A DNA stretch of 64,000 nucleotides, from NCBI RefSeq assembly GCF_006345805.1, contig NC_043006.1:38936001-39000000 (forward strand), in the 5' to 3' direction. The notes under the pieces are model-generated. The model did not search any database. It worked only from the letters and a program-made list of their open reading frames with translations, and was not told the origin of the DNA. Positions 25,331 to 38,347 of this stretch are shown one piece after another (positions within the stretch are counted from its first letter, which is position 1; each line of letters starts with the position of its first letter). The DNA is from Octopus sinensis. Taxonomy: Eukaryota. The position numbers and the translations under genes are program-made.

Positions 25331-25489
25331 TGATGGACATTTCATACATTTTGGATAATATACCCTCTCTACTGATGCATCAGTGCATCTTTTCTCTGAT
25401 ATATGGTGTCTTAGACAACTCACATGCATATATAGATATATTTATATGTAAATATCTATCTATTTATCTATCTATCTATACATATATAT

Positions 25490-25880
25490 ATCATCATCAT
25501 CATCATCGTCGTTTAGCGTCCGTTTTCCATGCTAGCATGGGTTGGACGGTTCTACTGGGGTCTGTGAAGCCAGAAGGCTTCATCAGGCCCAGTCAAATCT
25601 GGTGGTGTTTCTACGGCTGGATGCCCTTCCTAACGCCAACCACTCCGTGAGTGTAGTGGGTGCTTTTTACGTGCCACCCGCACAGGTGCCAGACAGAGCT
25701 GGCAAACGGCCACGAACGGATGGTGCTTTTTATGTGCCACCAGCACAAGGGCCAGGCAAGGCTGGCAACGGACACGAAACGGGGCGGTGCTGGCAACGGT
25801 CGCGAAACGGAAGGTTCTCTTACATGCCACCGGCACTGGTAACACATCTGCAATTTCCATTGATCGATTTTCATTCTGAT
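25490..25880 (-). mobile_element. Family D copy, CpG-rich (young)
   Basis: About 79 nt identical to 49868-49949 in opposite orientation; internal subrepeats present. Confidence 0.85.
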
Positions 25881-25897
25881 CCTATATATATATCTAC

Positions 25898-26415
25898 GTG
25901 ATGATGGATTCTCTTGTTGGGAATGACAAATGAGGGTTCAGTAAAATAAAGTGTTAATTATGTTCTCTGGACATGAACGTGTTTCTTGAAGTCTGCTGGT
26001 GCCTTGCAAACCTTTTGGCAAATAGAACAAGTTGAGGACTCAGTTTGCTGGAGTGCTTGTGGATCATTTGCTAGGTGTTTTCTTGAGTGGACAGCTTTGC
26101 TTCATGCCACAAACCCACAATGACAGGTAAGGTTTCCATTTAGAGGAGCAGTGTTTTACCAGTGTGCCTTCATACTTGCACAAAGTTGGTCCCAGAGTTG
26201 AAATTGACTTTGCTCAAATCTTTGAATTGACAAGAAGCAAGAGTGGTGCCAGGTCCTGCATTCTGATGCTTTGTTTTCTCAGGAAGAAAAGGGAATGTTA
26301 CATTGCTTCAGAATGCCTTTTAGTTTGTCTTTGAAACACAAGAGAGGCTTTCCAACTGACCTTCATTGGGAATTGAGCAAAGAGAAGTTGCTTCAGAATT
26401 CTGATATCACTCATA
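25898..26415 (-). mobile_element. RTE (BovB-like) LINE 3' end, decayed
   Basis: Minus strand MSDIRILKQLLFAQF...GKPLLCFKDKLKGILKQCNI...ENKASECRTW...RFEQ, then C2H2-like CSICQKVCKAPADFKKHVH; ends atccatca. Confidence 0.8.
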
Positions 26416-26642
26416 TGTGATATATATATATATATATATACATATGCACAAATATATTCTTTTCTATTCTAGGTACAAGGACCAATATTTTTGAGGAGTG
26501 GGGCCAGTCAGTTAGATCGACACCAGTATGCAACTGGTACTTAATTTATCAACTCCAAAAGAAAGAAAGGCAAAGTCGACCTCGGCAGAATTTGAACTCA
26601 GCTAAGCATTTCGCCCGCCATGCTAACGTTTCTGCCACCTCG

Positions 26643-26678
<36 letters not shown>

Positions 26679-26689
26679 TGTGTTAAACT

Positions 26690-27095
26690 AAGAAACAATG
26701 ACACGGGAAAATTCTGCAAATATAATTATAAGCTTAATTATAAATATAATTAAAAGCTTACTAATACCCATTTTTCACCATGAGGGGCTTATATGTCCTA
26801 ATATTAGACTATTTCTCATATCCAATATATAGTGAATGCTTATAAGTTTAAGCTTATAATTATATTTAGAGAATTTTCACTTGTTACTGTTTCTTAATTT
26901 AATGCAGAATACATATAAATTTGTTTACACGAGTTGGTGAAATCATAATTCCTAAATTTAATGGACACAAATTGGTGAAACCAGTCAGCACACTCACCAC
27001 AGAAATAAGAGGCTTCATTTCCCCAGACATACCATTTTTTCTTCATTGATGGCTTATATGCCCAAATATTAGAATATTTTCTATAGACAATATAT
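26690..27095 (+). mobile_element. PLE-like element with short inverted arms and two direct-repeat degenerate hammerhead boxes
   Basis: Arms 26690-26737 and 26849-26895; atacc..tttt..tga.ggcttatatg(t/c)cc.aatattaga..atatata repeated at ~26765 and ~27030. Confidence 0.5.
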
Positions 27096-27349
27096 ACTCT
27101 TTTACTTGTTTTAGTCATTTAACTGCAGCCATGCTGGAGCACCACCTTTGGTCGAGCAAATCAACTGCAGGACTTATTCTTTGTAAACCTAGTACTTATG
27201 CTATTGGTCTCCTTTGCCGAACTTCTAAGTTACAGGGATGTAAACACACCACCATCGGTTGTCAAGCGATGTTGGGGAGGACAAACACAGACACACAAAT
27301 ATATATATATACAGAGAGAGAGAGAGAGAGAGAGAGACCAAAGTATACA

Positions 27350-27720
27350 TTTTTTTATGTATAGTTGAAAGACACCTGTTGTCATGTTCTGTTATTTGCA
27401 TTGTATCTGTGTAACATCCTCTGGGTTTTTTACCCCGTCCCTGGTTTCATATACATTCGCTGCTTTCTTCCAAGGAATCTAATGCTCTTAGCTTAGTTTT
27501 TCCTTGGGGCTGGCCAGATTGGAGCAATCTCGAGTATAACCAGCTGAAATTGCAAAGATGATCTGGAACTCAATTGAGGATAGAAAACTCCTAATGATCC
27601 GTCCTTGTTTTTTTTGTATCATCTGTCTAGATGTTTTGTTGTCCCATTTTAATATCACGTAACTGTCTGGATGTTTTGCATTCTTGTCCAATTTTTGTAT
27701 TTTTTATACATAAAAAAAAT
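27350..27720 (+). mobile_element. PLE-like 3' region, single arm (same family as 17325 and 5911)
   Basis: ggctggccagattggagcaatctcgagtataaccagctGAAAttgcaaag...tccttgtttttt...ttcttgtcc, shared with 17340-17530 in reverse orientation. Confidence 0.6.
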
Positions 27721-28751
27721 TATATATATTTTATTTATTTATTTATATATATCAAAAGGCTGTGTTACAATACTATTCCACAGCCATACCAACAATCCAA
27801 CATGCCTCCATCATCAGCTACCCCATGCATATCACTATGGTTTTGACACCTGGACAGTACTATTGAATCCGGTGGTGTCAACAGCACTAAAATAAGTGTT
27901 ATTTGGGAACAAACATACCAAAGAAACCACAGCTTTCATCACATTTACTCTATGTAACACACACACAATGGGCTCTTTAAGTTTCCACCAACTGAATCCA
28001 TTTAAAACTGAATCCAGAGGGTCTACAGTGCAAGATACTTGCCCAAGGTGACATGCAGTGTGACTGAACCTGAAGCTATGCGGTAGTGATATGTACTTCT
28101 TAACCACACTGCCACACCTGCACCTTAATATATTTCACCTATATGTTATTTTTTTACCTGGGGAACTTCGACTGTCAACTTTTTCCTTCTGGATCTACAT
28201 TTGATACTCTACTTAAATGTATTGAGTGAACTTTCAATAAATATTTGACTGTTCTTTGAGGACATCTACATATAAAGCGTTAATATGTGTATATGTGTGT
28301 ATATGAGTGCAAATAAACATTACATACACATATCTCACACATGTGTATCACATATATCACACACATTTGTATGCACATGTTTTGAGTATCCTGATGTATT
28401 TATTTACATATATCCTAGTATCCAATTTGCTATGAACTGCAGAGTGTAGGTTAATGTGTGAATAAACTACATATCTGTGACATGCAAGAAATACATCACT
28501 TGTAAATGTTGTTATACCCTTGAGTTTTAAGTACATGGGATGCATAAGATATCAAAGATTTTTTTTACACTTCATTTATTTTTCTTGTTATCAAAGAGAC
28601 TATTAATTTCATTGGATGAATTATCTGTGCTGAAGATAGCAGTTACTTTGCGAAATTAAAGAGAGAAATATATAAAACCACCCAAATGAATTTGAAATCC
28701 TAGATATCATCCCTATGTATACATGTGTATGTATGTGTATATATCTATATA

Positions 28752-28796
<45 letters not shown>

Positions 28797-30473
28797 TTAT
28801 ATACACACATACACACACACATGCATATATATGTATATATGTATAAATAGATAGCTAGATATAAATACACAGATATGAGGATGTTAAACGATGATGATGA
28901 TAATGATATATATGCACATATACACACATATATATGCATATATACACACACACAGACATATATATACGCATACACACACATATATAAATATGCATATATA
29001 TGCACACACACATACACACACACACATATATATATATACACACGTATACACACACACACACACATATATATGTATGTATGTATGTATAGATACATAGCCA
29101 GATATAGATAGATATACAGATATGAGAATTTTTTAAAATGATGATAATGATATATACATATATACATATACATATGTACACATACATACTTATGATTTTA
29201 CTGGGTTTTTTTACCCTATAGTTTTTTATCAGTGTTTCTTTTCTTAAGTATTACAATCTTCTTAACTTCCCTTTCACCTCACACCCATGCCAGCCACATC
29301 CTTCTTCCCTACACACCTCTCTGCAGCATGTAATATGACCACACCTACATACCATCTTCCCTGTCTCTGCCACTATCTCACATCACTATACTCCCATACT
29401 TGCACACCTCCATCTCCACGCACCTACACATACCAACACGCACCTTAGGAAACCATATGCACCACATGCTACCATACACACACACACACACACCTCTCTG
29501 TATCCTCATCTCAATACACAGGTATTTTCCTTTACATGTACACACCAAACCACCTCCACATCCTTTTCTAACTCTCCGCTTAGAACTGCATTTACACCTA
29601 GCACTAACACATCTCTTTTTTTTTTCTGACTACCTTTTCTGAGTCTTCTAGGATGGCTCCGACAATTACTGGTACTGTTACCACCTTTTTCAGCGACCAC
29701 AACTGCTTAACTTCCCACACTAATCTGTCCAAGGTGCAGCACGGTGAGACTGAACCCAAGTAACAGAAAAAAGAGGAAGAATAGTGTCTCAACAGCTAAC
29801 AACTGATGCAGGTGGTTTATTCCATGCTTCAGCAATTCTGAGCATGAAATATAGCTTCCAAGTCATGGTTGCTCTGTGGTTGTTTTGATTTTGTAAGTAT
29901 GTCCCTGAGTGTTAGGCATATGGAATTCCAATAAAAAGATAGGATGGACATAGCTGGAATGTTGGTCAAATGATGAAGTTTTAGCCAAACGGTCACCACT
30001 TTTAGTAGTCTGTGTGTCTGGTAGTTGAGCGTGTGATGCTTGGCTAAGTTAAATCTTTTTCTGGTATGGACAGTTGGCTGGTTGGTTGGTTAAACCAAAA
30101 TGAAACAACATGGAGGTGATACTGGCACTAGTAGTGTGCGCGAGAATGCCTCCAAGAAGGTTACATTGGTTGTTGCGTCTGCTGGCTCATCAAGAGAACT
30201 TACTGAGCAGACAGCATTGATGTGAGTGAAAGAACTACATATCAAGAGAGTTCTAAAGTGAAGGAAGGAAAACTCTAGTGAGAAATGGTGACTGCCGTGC
30301 TTTATGCAAACGCTGAACTGGTAGCAGAAAGAAATGTTCCATTCCAACCAATCACAGAGAATGACACAAAAAGTGCAACCACACAAAGTCAACTGAGTCA
30401 ACTTTGAAATGAAGAAATGTATATTTGCATGTAAGCCAATATCAAACACAGAGCCACTACAAAGTATATTTAA

Positions 30474-30947
30474 CCCTTTCATTATTATATTTATTTTGAG
30501 ATGCTCTGTCTTTCTTTCACTTACTTAAAATATAATAAAGAATTTAGTAAAATAACTTAGTTATCATGAAGCTAGTGCTAGGAACACAAATTGTGGCTAA
30601 GGTTTGGTGGAAGATTTTAATTCAAAACTTATGAAAACAAGACATTTGTACTACAGAGCCAGAAGTGGTTTCAACCAGGTTGGTATTGAAAGGGTTAAGA
30701 ATTGTTTCTTTATTATATATTTTAATCCTTTTGTGACCATATTTTGGTTGAGATGCTCTGTGTTTCTTTCAATTAATTTTAAATATAACAAAGAATTTAG
30801 TAAAATAACTTTGTTATCATTAAGCTAGTATTAGGAACATAAATTATGACTAATGTTTGGTGGAAGATTTTAATTCAAAACTTATGAAAATAAGACTTTT
30901 GTACTACAGAGCCAGAGCTGGTTTCAGCCGGGTTGGTAATGAAAGGG
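30474..30947. mobile_element. Tandem dimer of a ~221-bp TTAA MITE
   Basis: Units 30474-30694 and 30726-30947, each TTAA|(C/T)CCTTT...GAAAGGG|TTAA, separated by gaattgtttctttattatatatt. Confidence 0.85.
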
Positions 30948-32348
30948 TTAACAATGGTTAGACAGAGGGTAAATGAGGACTGGATTGATAAGCAGCTGTC
31001 TGAAAATGCCAAATTATATGGTTGGGTGGTTAAGAAGTTTTGCTTTGTAACCACTTGGTTTTGGGTTCAGTATCACTGTGCTGTACATTGGGCAAGAGCA
31101 TTCTAGTATAACCCTGAGTCAACCAATGCCTTGTGAGTGAATTTAGTAGATTAAAAGTGTGTGGAAGCCCATAATGTATGTGTGTGTGTGTTTCTTTATG
31201 TCTGTGTTTGTCACTTCCCATCAATGGCTTGACGACTGCTGTTGGTTTATTTACATCACCATAACTCATTGATCCAATATAAGACACTGGTAAACTAAAC
31301 TAAAGAAAAGGCAAAAAAAAACATGTTATATTTGTGTGAATGCGTGTGTGCACGTCTGTGCACATGTGTGTGCTCATATGTGTGTGAATGCGTGTCGGCA
31401 TGCATTTATGTGTGTGTACGTGCATGTGTATCTTTCTGTCTGTGTTTGTCTCCCACCACAGCTTGACACACACTGTCAGTGTGTTTATGTCCCCCAAAAC
31501 TTAGCAGTTTGGCAAAATAGACTAACAGAATAAATTCCAGGCTGAAAAAGAAAACAGTTACTGGGGCTGATTAGTTTGACTTAACACCCCCCCCCCCTTC
31601 AAATCGGTGCCCCAGCATTACCACAGTGTAATGCCTTGAAACAAGTAAAATATGAAATATATAACATAAAATTCTATTTTGGTTGTCCAAAACCCTTCAC
31701 AGCATTGCTCCAGCATGGCCAGAGTTCAACAAACCAAACAAGTAAACAGCAAACGAAGGTAAAAGAACTCAGGTGAAGGAAAAAAATTCACTCTATAGTT
31801 GAGTTTTATTCAATAATCCCCAACAGAATCAACTAAAAGCACAACCAAACAACCTAGTAATTTATTCGCGCGTCTATCTTAATGTCACATCAACTGAAAT
31901 GTGGTTGATTATGTATTGGTTAGAGTAATTTGCCAGTTAAGATATAAGGCTCATCTATTTAAAAAGGTAGTCAGAGGAAGACGTATAAAGTTAATTTATT
32001 ATTTCTTTGTTTTCAATTTTGTTTTGTATTCTTTTTGTGAGTGTGTGAGATATTAATCATAGATTAAGGTTTCATCTGTAGAGACAAATGAAATAACTTT
32101 AATCTACTTAACAGGCTCATTAAAAGCTTCTCGCCTCAGGTATTATACGAAATTAGAGAGAGCTCTTTACTCGAAATAGATTAGAAGTGCATGTGTGGGT
32201 TAACAAAGCAGATTAATCAGACCAGTTTCTGAGTTATATATACATGGATATACATATGCCTATATATATATATATATATATACATATAAGCCTATATATA
32301 TATACATATATATACACATATACATATATATACACATACATATATGCC

Positions 32349-32380
<32 letters not shown>

Positions 32381-33699
32381 CATACACATATGCCTATATA
32401 TATATGTATGTATATATATATATATACATACATTCATATATATAGATGTATATGCATGCTTTGCTACTTTCTTTAAAGTTGTATTTACCTGTAGTTTATT
32501 CGATTCTTTTCTTTTCTTTTTTTTGTGGTTATTGAATGTGATGTAGGTGGTTTGTGTGTGTATTTCTGTTTGTGCTTGTTCCATGTGCGTACTATGTGAA
32601 TGCATGTAAATTTTTGTGTTTGCATTTCTGTAAGAGTGTGTTTACATTTGTTCCTATGATTTTATGTATGTGTAGAGTTTTTGTATACGTGTGTGCGTGT
32701 GTTTGTGCATGTATGATTATAGGAATGTATATGTATTTATGCAAATATGTATATGTTAATATATGAGAGCTATAATGCGGTGAGCTGGTAGAAACATTAG
32801 CACGCTGGGCAAAATGTCTGTCTTTACATTCTGAGTTCAAATTCCACTGAGGTCGACTTTGCCTTTTATCCTTTTGGAATCGATAGATTAAGTACCAGTT
32901 GTGTACTGGGGTCGATCTAATCAACTGGCCTCCTCCTCCTCCAAAATTTGGGACCTTGTACTTAGAGTAGAAAAGAATATATGAGAGCTTTTGTGTGCAT
33001 ATATTTGTGTATGTGTATGTGTGTTCGTGCATATATTAATGTGTGTTTGTGTGTACATGCATATTTATGCGTGTAAATATGTAAAATTAAGTGAATTTGC
33101 ATGAATATCTTTTATCTTTCACTTGCTTTAGTAACTGGACCATGGCCATGCTGGAGCACTGCCTCAAAGGGTTTTTTGTTTACCATATGGAGCCATTATT
33201 TGTTTTTTAAAAATCTGACTCTTATTCTGACTCTTATTCTTTTGCTGAATGACTAAGTTATGGCTACAAACCCATAAAGACACACACACACACACTCACA
33301 TAAATGGCATCCACACAGTTTCCATTTACAAAATTTACTCACATGGCATTGGTTGGCCCATAGCTACAATAGAAGACACTTGCCTAAGGTGCTGCACACT
33401 AGGATTGAACCTGAAGTCACATGGCCTGTTAACCATGCAGCCATGTCTGCAAGAGGAAAGACTTGAAAGAGAAAAAAAAAACTAATAATAATTGCCTCTA
33501 ACAAAGGCACAAGCCCTGGAATTTGAGTAATGTAGTCAATCCAGCCCCGCCTACTTTTTGACTGTACACATAATGTTCTATACATACTGCACAGTAACAT
33601 CTCAAATATACACACCACATAATAAAATTTATAATATACACACCATACAGCAACGATTATACAATGAATATCACAAGGCAATATCTATGATATATACAT

Positions 33700-34078
33700 C
33701 AGGCTGAGTTCCTTTTGAGTGTTGGGCCTCATGGAGACAAAGTGGTCATGTTTCTTTCAAGTGCTGGTCCTCATGAAGGCAATGACCAAGACCTTTAGCA
33801 TTATGTCATGCTTGAGAAGAAGACCCATTAAGCTGAGCAAAATCACAGTCATGGCAGATACTGGTGTCACGTAAATGGCACCCGTGCCAGTGGCACATAA
33901 AAACAACCATTACACTCTTGGAGTGGTTGGCATTGGGAAAGGCAAGTAACGATAGAAAACCATCCCAAATCAGATTGGAGCCTGGTGCAGCCTTCCAGCA
34001 TGCCAGCCCAGTCAAACTGTCCAACCCATGCCAGCATGGACAATGGACATTAAATGATGATGATGATGATGATGATGA
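33700..34078 (+). mobile_element. Family D copy with longer 5' region
   Basis: gggcctcatggag...gcaatgaccaagacctttagc...cccatgccagcatgga...(GAT)n; 5' part also seen at 50120-50300. Confidence 0.8.
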
Positions 34079-35364
34079 CTGCAACATCTGCTCTATACAT
34101 ACCACCTCGTAACAACTATTTTTTTATACACCACACAGCAATATCTGTCCAATACGCAACCCCCATCTCCACCCCCTGAGCTCAACTGGTACTTATTCTT
34201 TTTACTGACCCCAACAGTGTAAAAGACAAGGTTGACCTCAGTGGAATTTGAACATATACATCATATACTGGTTTCACACTTTGGCACAAGGCCAGCAAGT
34301 TTGGGGGAGGAGGTAAGTTGATTACATCAACCCCCCAGTGCTAAACTGGTACTTATTTTATTAACTCCACAAGGAAGAAAGACAATGTGACCTCAGCAGA
34401 ATTTGGATATACACACCACATATTAATAACTAGTCTATACACAACACAATAAAATCTGCCCTATACACACAGCAACATCTAACTTAACTCAGCATGCAGA
34501 AACAACCATCCTAAACACATCACACAGTAAAATCTGCCCTAAACACACCACTTAATTTTATTCATCCACACCAAAAGAAGAATGAGCAAGACCATGGCTA
34601 AATTATAACTGATGAGGATCCTATTTAAAGTTAAAACTATTAACCAATTTTTTTTTCATTGAACTCCCTATCTCTTATCACCTTTTGGCAATAACTTGAA
34701 GATTTTCTTCAAAGCAAGACAAAAATAGATTTAATGATTCACTCCATTTTATTTTGAGATTAATTTAATTTTATGTAATTAGAATTCAATGAGAATTCAG
34801 AAAAATACAATAAAGGGCAACAGGCTGAAGGATTTTAGAATGTTTGGTTTACAATCCCCTGAGTCATGGTTCAATCCTACCACATAGAACCTTGGGAAAG
34901 TTTATTGTAGCATAGTGTCAGATTGACTACAAATATCTTCATTATTTGCTATGTGTCTGTGTTTCCTTGCTAGTATGGATTAGAGTAGTACATATTATTG
35001 TGGTAAGTGGTGGCTAATAAGTTACTAATTTTCCTGTCATTAATCTTTACCATTTTCTACATAAAGGATTTTTTACTACACAAATTTTCGAAAATATAGA
35101 ATTGGTGAACAAATTGTTGACAAAGAATTGTCAAGAAACTGCACCATATATTACTCAGTGGTTTTACCATGCAATAATAAACACTCACACAGACTAACAC
35201 GCATGCTCATTATCATAGACACATATACATGACTGGCTTTTCCCAGCTTTCATCTACTTAAGCTCATACACAAAACATTATTTGATCCCAGGCTACAGTT
35301 GAAGACATTTGTCCCAGGTGCCATGCTGTGAGAAACCATAGAGCAATGCCTCCGCTGTCTTAGT

Positions 35365-35511
35365 GAAATTTACATTATTTACATTTGATGGATATTTCTC
35401 CTCGTCTTATTGTTGTTAACACATTTCAGCTGATATACCCCCCAGCCTTCATCAGGTGTCTTGGGGAAAATTCAAACCTAGGTTCTCATTCTTAAGGTAT
35501 TTTTGATGTCA

Positions 35512-35549
<38 letters not shown>

Positions 35550-35623
35550 ATTATTATTATTATTATTCATGTCACTACCTGGAATTAAACTCGCAATCTT
35601 GGGGTTAGTAGCCTGCACAGTTA
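35365..35623 (-). mobile_element. Composite element: partial tRNA-like head, (AAT)n, hammerhead-containing tail
   Basis: Minus strand ...ggCTACTAAcccc aagatt gcgaGTTTAATTCcagg, (AAT)n, then gacac-CTGATGA-aggctgg...tcagct-GAAA-tgtgtt. The tail recurs at 48120-48248. Confidence 0.6.
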
Positions 35624-35651
35624 TATATATATATATATATATACATATATA

Positions 35652-35690
<39 letters not shown>

Positions 35691-35711
35691 TAATTTATAT
35701 ATATATACACA

Positions 35712-36025
35712 TGTGGCACAGAAAAAGCACCATCCAAACGTGGTGGATGCCAGCGCCACCTTGACTTGGTTCCATGCCAGTGGCATGTATAATACATTGA
35801 CTGATCATGGACGTTGCCAGCCTCCCCTGGCACCTGTGCCAGTGGCACATAAAAAGCACCCACTACACTCATGGAGTGGTTGGCATTAGGAAGGGCATCC
35901 AGTTGCAGAAACACTGCCAGATCAGACTGGAATCTGGTGCAGCCTCCTGGTTTCCCAGACCCCAGTCAAACCGTCCAACCCATGCAGGCATGGAAAACGG
36001 ACGTTAAAGGATGATGATGATGATG

Positions 36026-36027
<2 letters not shown>
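35712..36027 (+). mobile_element. Family D copy
   Basis: ggcattaggaagggcatccag...aacggacgttaaag(GAT)n. Confidence 0.85.
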
Positions 36028-36090
<63 letters not shown>

Positions 36091-37169
36091 TAGGTATGGT
36101 TCTGTGGTAAGAAGCTTGCTGAATTGTTAGCACGCTGGGTGAAATGCTTAGTGGTATTTCGTCTGCTGTTACGTCTAAGTTCAAATTCCACCGAGGTCGA
36201 CTTTGCTTTTCAGTCTTTTGGGATTGATTAAAGACCAGTTACCCACTGGGGTCGATGTAATTAACTTAATCTCTTTGTCTTTGTTTGTCCCCTCTATGTT
36301 CAGTCCCCACCCTGTGGGCAATAAAGAAATAAACATAATGTAATAAGGTGTTCCCCTGAAGAACTGTTGTGGATTTGCAGCCAAATGCAGAATGAAGCCC
36401 CATTGTGGATCTGTATCCAAATGCACCCACTGCAGAGGATGCAAATAGCCACAGTGGTGAAACAGGCAAAGGGAAAAATTGGTACAAACTGTTTCTTTTG
36501 TACTGTATATCATATTTTTATTGAAATATATAAACTCACACATATATGTATGAAAGAGATGAAGACAAACATCACTGAAGATGAGGTGAGTGTTGCTGTA
36601 TTAGATTATTTCTCAGAGAAAAGAAGTGTCTTTAACATTTCAGGTGTAAACTCTTCAACTTCATCAAAATGAAATGAAAATAACAGCAGCCAGAGGAAAT
36701 GAGAGAATAAGTGCAGAAGTGTAACAAAAAGAATATAAAAAAAGTGAAACCAACAGAAATATTGCAATATAGATAAACTAATTGTTTGGCTAAGATACTG
36801 ACAATTTAAAAAGAACTACCAAATGTTAAAAACAGAACAGAATACATAATTCTATCTTATAACGTGTAGATTGCTTCAGCTACCAAGAGCTCTCCTCAGA
36901 AATGCATTTCCCTGAACAATATTCTTGATAGTTGGATTAAGCTACCTGCATGTTATAAGAGAAGATAGCATAAATATTATGGGTGTGTATGTATGTACAC
37001 ACACATATATAAATGTATGTGTATTTTTTCAATGTGTAAAAATAACATGGAAAAAATAAATAAATAGTTACCAGGGTAGAAAAAATACACAGAAGTGCCA
37101 AGAATATTATAGCGTACTTATAAAGGTAGGAATTCCAGGGGTTAAGTGAAATGTTTTTGTATAACCTGG

Positions 37170-37860
37170 ATAAATTAAAAAATGGAGTCAAATGCAGGTG
37201 TTATTGAAATCATTTATACTTCCAACATATGTTTCGAAGAAAGCATTGAGATTATTCTGAAGGGAATGAAAATGATATAAAACAATGCAATCATCTCATC
37301 GGGTAAAAAGGAGAAACAAAACACATCAATAAGCCATTTTAACCAAATGTGATTACCACCTATATGATGAAGGGGAACTCTGGCAACTTATTTTATAACA
37401 CGTTTAAAAGTGTTTATCATTGTAAGCATTGGCAAAAACACACCTTTAGTTTCTATAAGTAATTTCTACCAATCTATATAATTTGACCTTTAACTGTCTC
37501 CTTACATTTCATTTACATATATATACATATATCTATTTCCATGCTTTTAAACTTTATTCCAATTCATCTATCACACTATGTTTTCCACTCTTAATTTTCT
37601 TTTAATTTCTTTCTTTCTCTAAATTACCTTTGACATTAAATAACTTGCTAGAATTCCCCTTCATCATACAGCCAAAAATCACATTCGGTTAAAATGGCTT
37701 ATTGATGTGCTTTGCTTCTCTTTTTTTCCCCGAGAAGATGATTGTGTTGTTTTACATCATTTTTATTCCCTTCAGAATAATCTCAATGCTTTCTTTGAAA
37801 CATATGTTGGAAATAAATGATTTGAATAACACTTGTGTTTGACTCCATTTCTTAATTTAT
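37170..37860. mobile_element. Long foldback element with a hammerhead-like motif in each arm
   Basis: Arms 37170-37386 and 37645-37860. Minus 37220-37306: ttac-CCGATGA-gatgattgcattg...caatgctttcttc-GAAA-CATATG-TT-ggaa; mirror copy at 37726-37812 (+). Confidence 0.75.
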
Positions 37861-38008
37861 ATATATATTTATATATTTCCTTTTATTCTTTTACTTGTTT
37901 CAGTCATTTGACTGCAGCCATACTGGAGCACCGCCTTTAGTCAAGCAAACCGACCCGAGGATATATTCTTTAAGGGGGACAAACACAGACCACAAAACAC
38001 ACACACAC

Positions 38009-38079
<71 letters not shown>

Positions 38080-38347
38080 GACAGGCTTTATATGTGTATA
38101 TGTGTGTGTGTATAGATACATATAAATGCGTGTGTGTATGTGTGTCAGTGTTTGTACCTCTAACATCACTTGACAACCGATGCTGGTGCATTTACATCCC
38201 CATAACTTAGCAGTTCAGCAAAAGGGACTGATAGAATAAGTCCTGTGGCCGATTTGCTCGACTAAAGGTGGTGCTCCAGTATGGCCGCAGTCAAATGACT
38301 GAAACAAATAAAAGAATAGAAGAATGTATACATATGTATACAGTATA

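Larger units (their letters stand above)
25049..25358. mobile_element. Foldback element with a type I hammerhead in each arm
   Basis: Arms ~25049-25174 and ~25239-25358 around a ~65-bp spacer. Confidence 0.8.
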
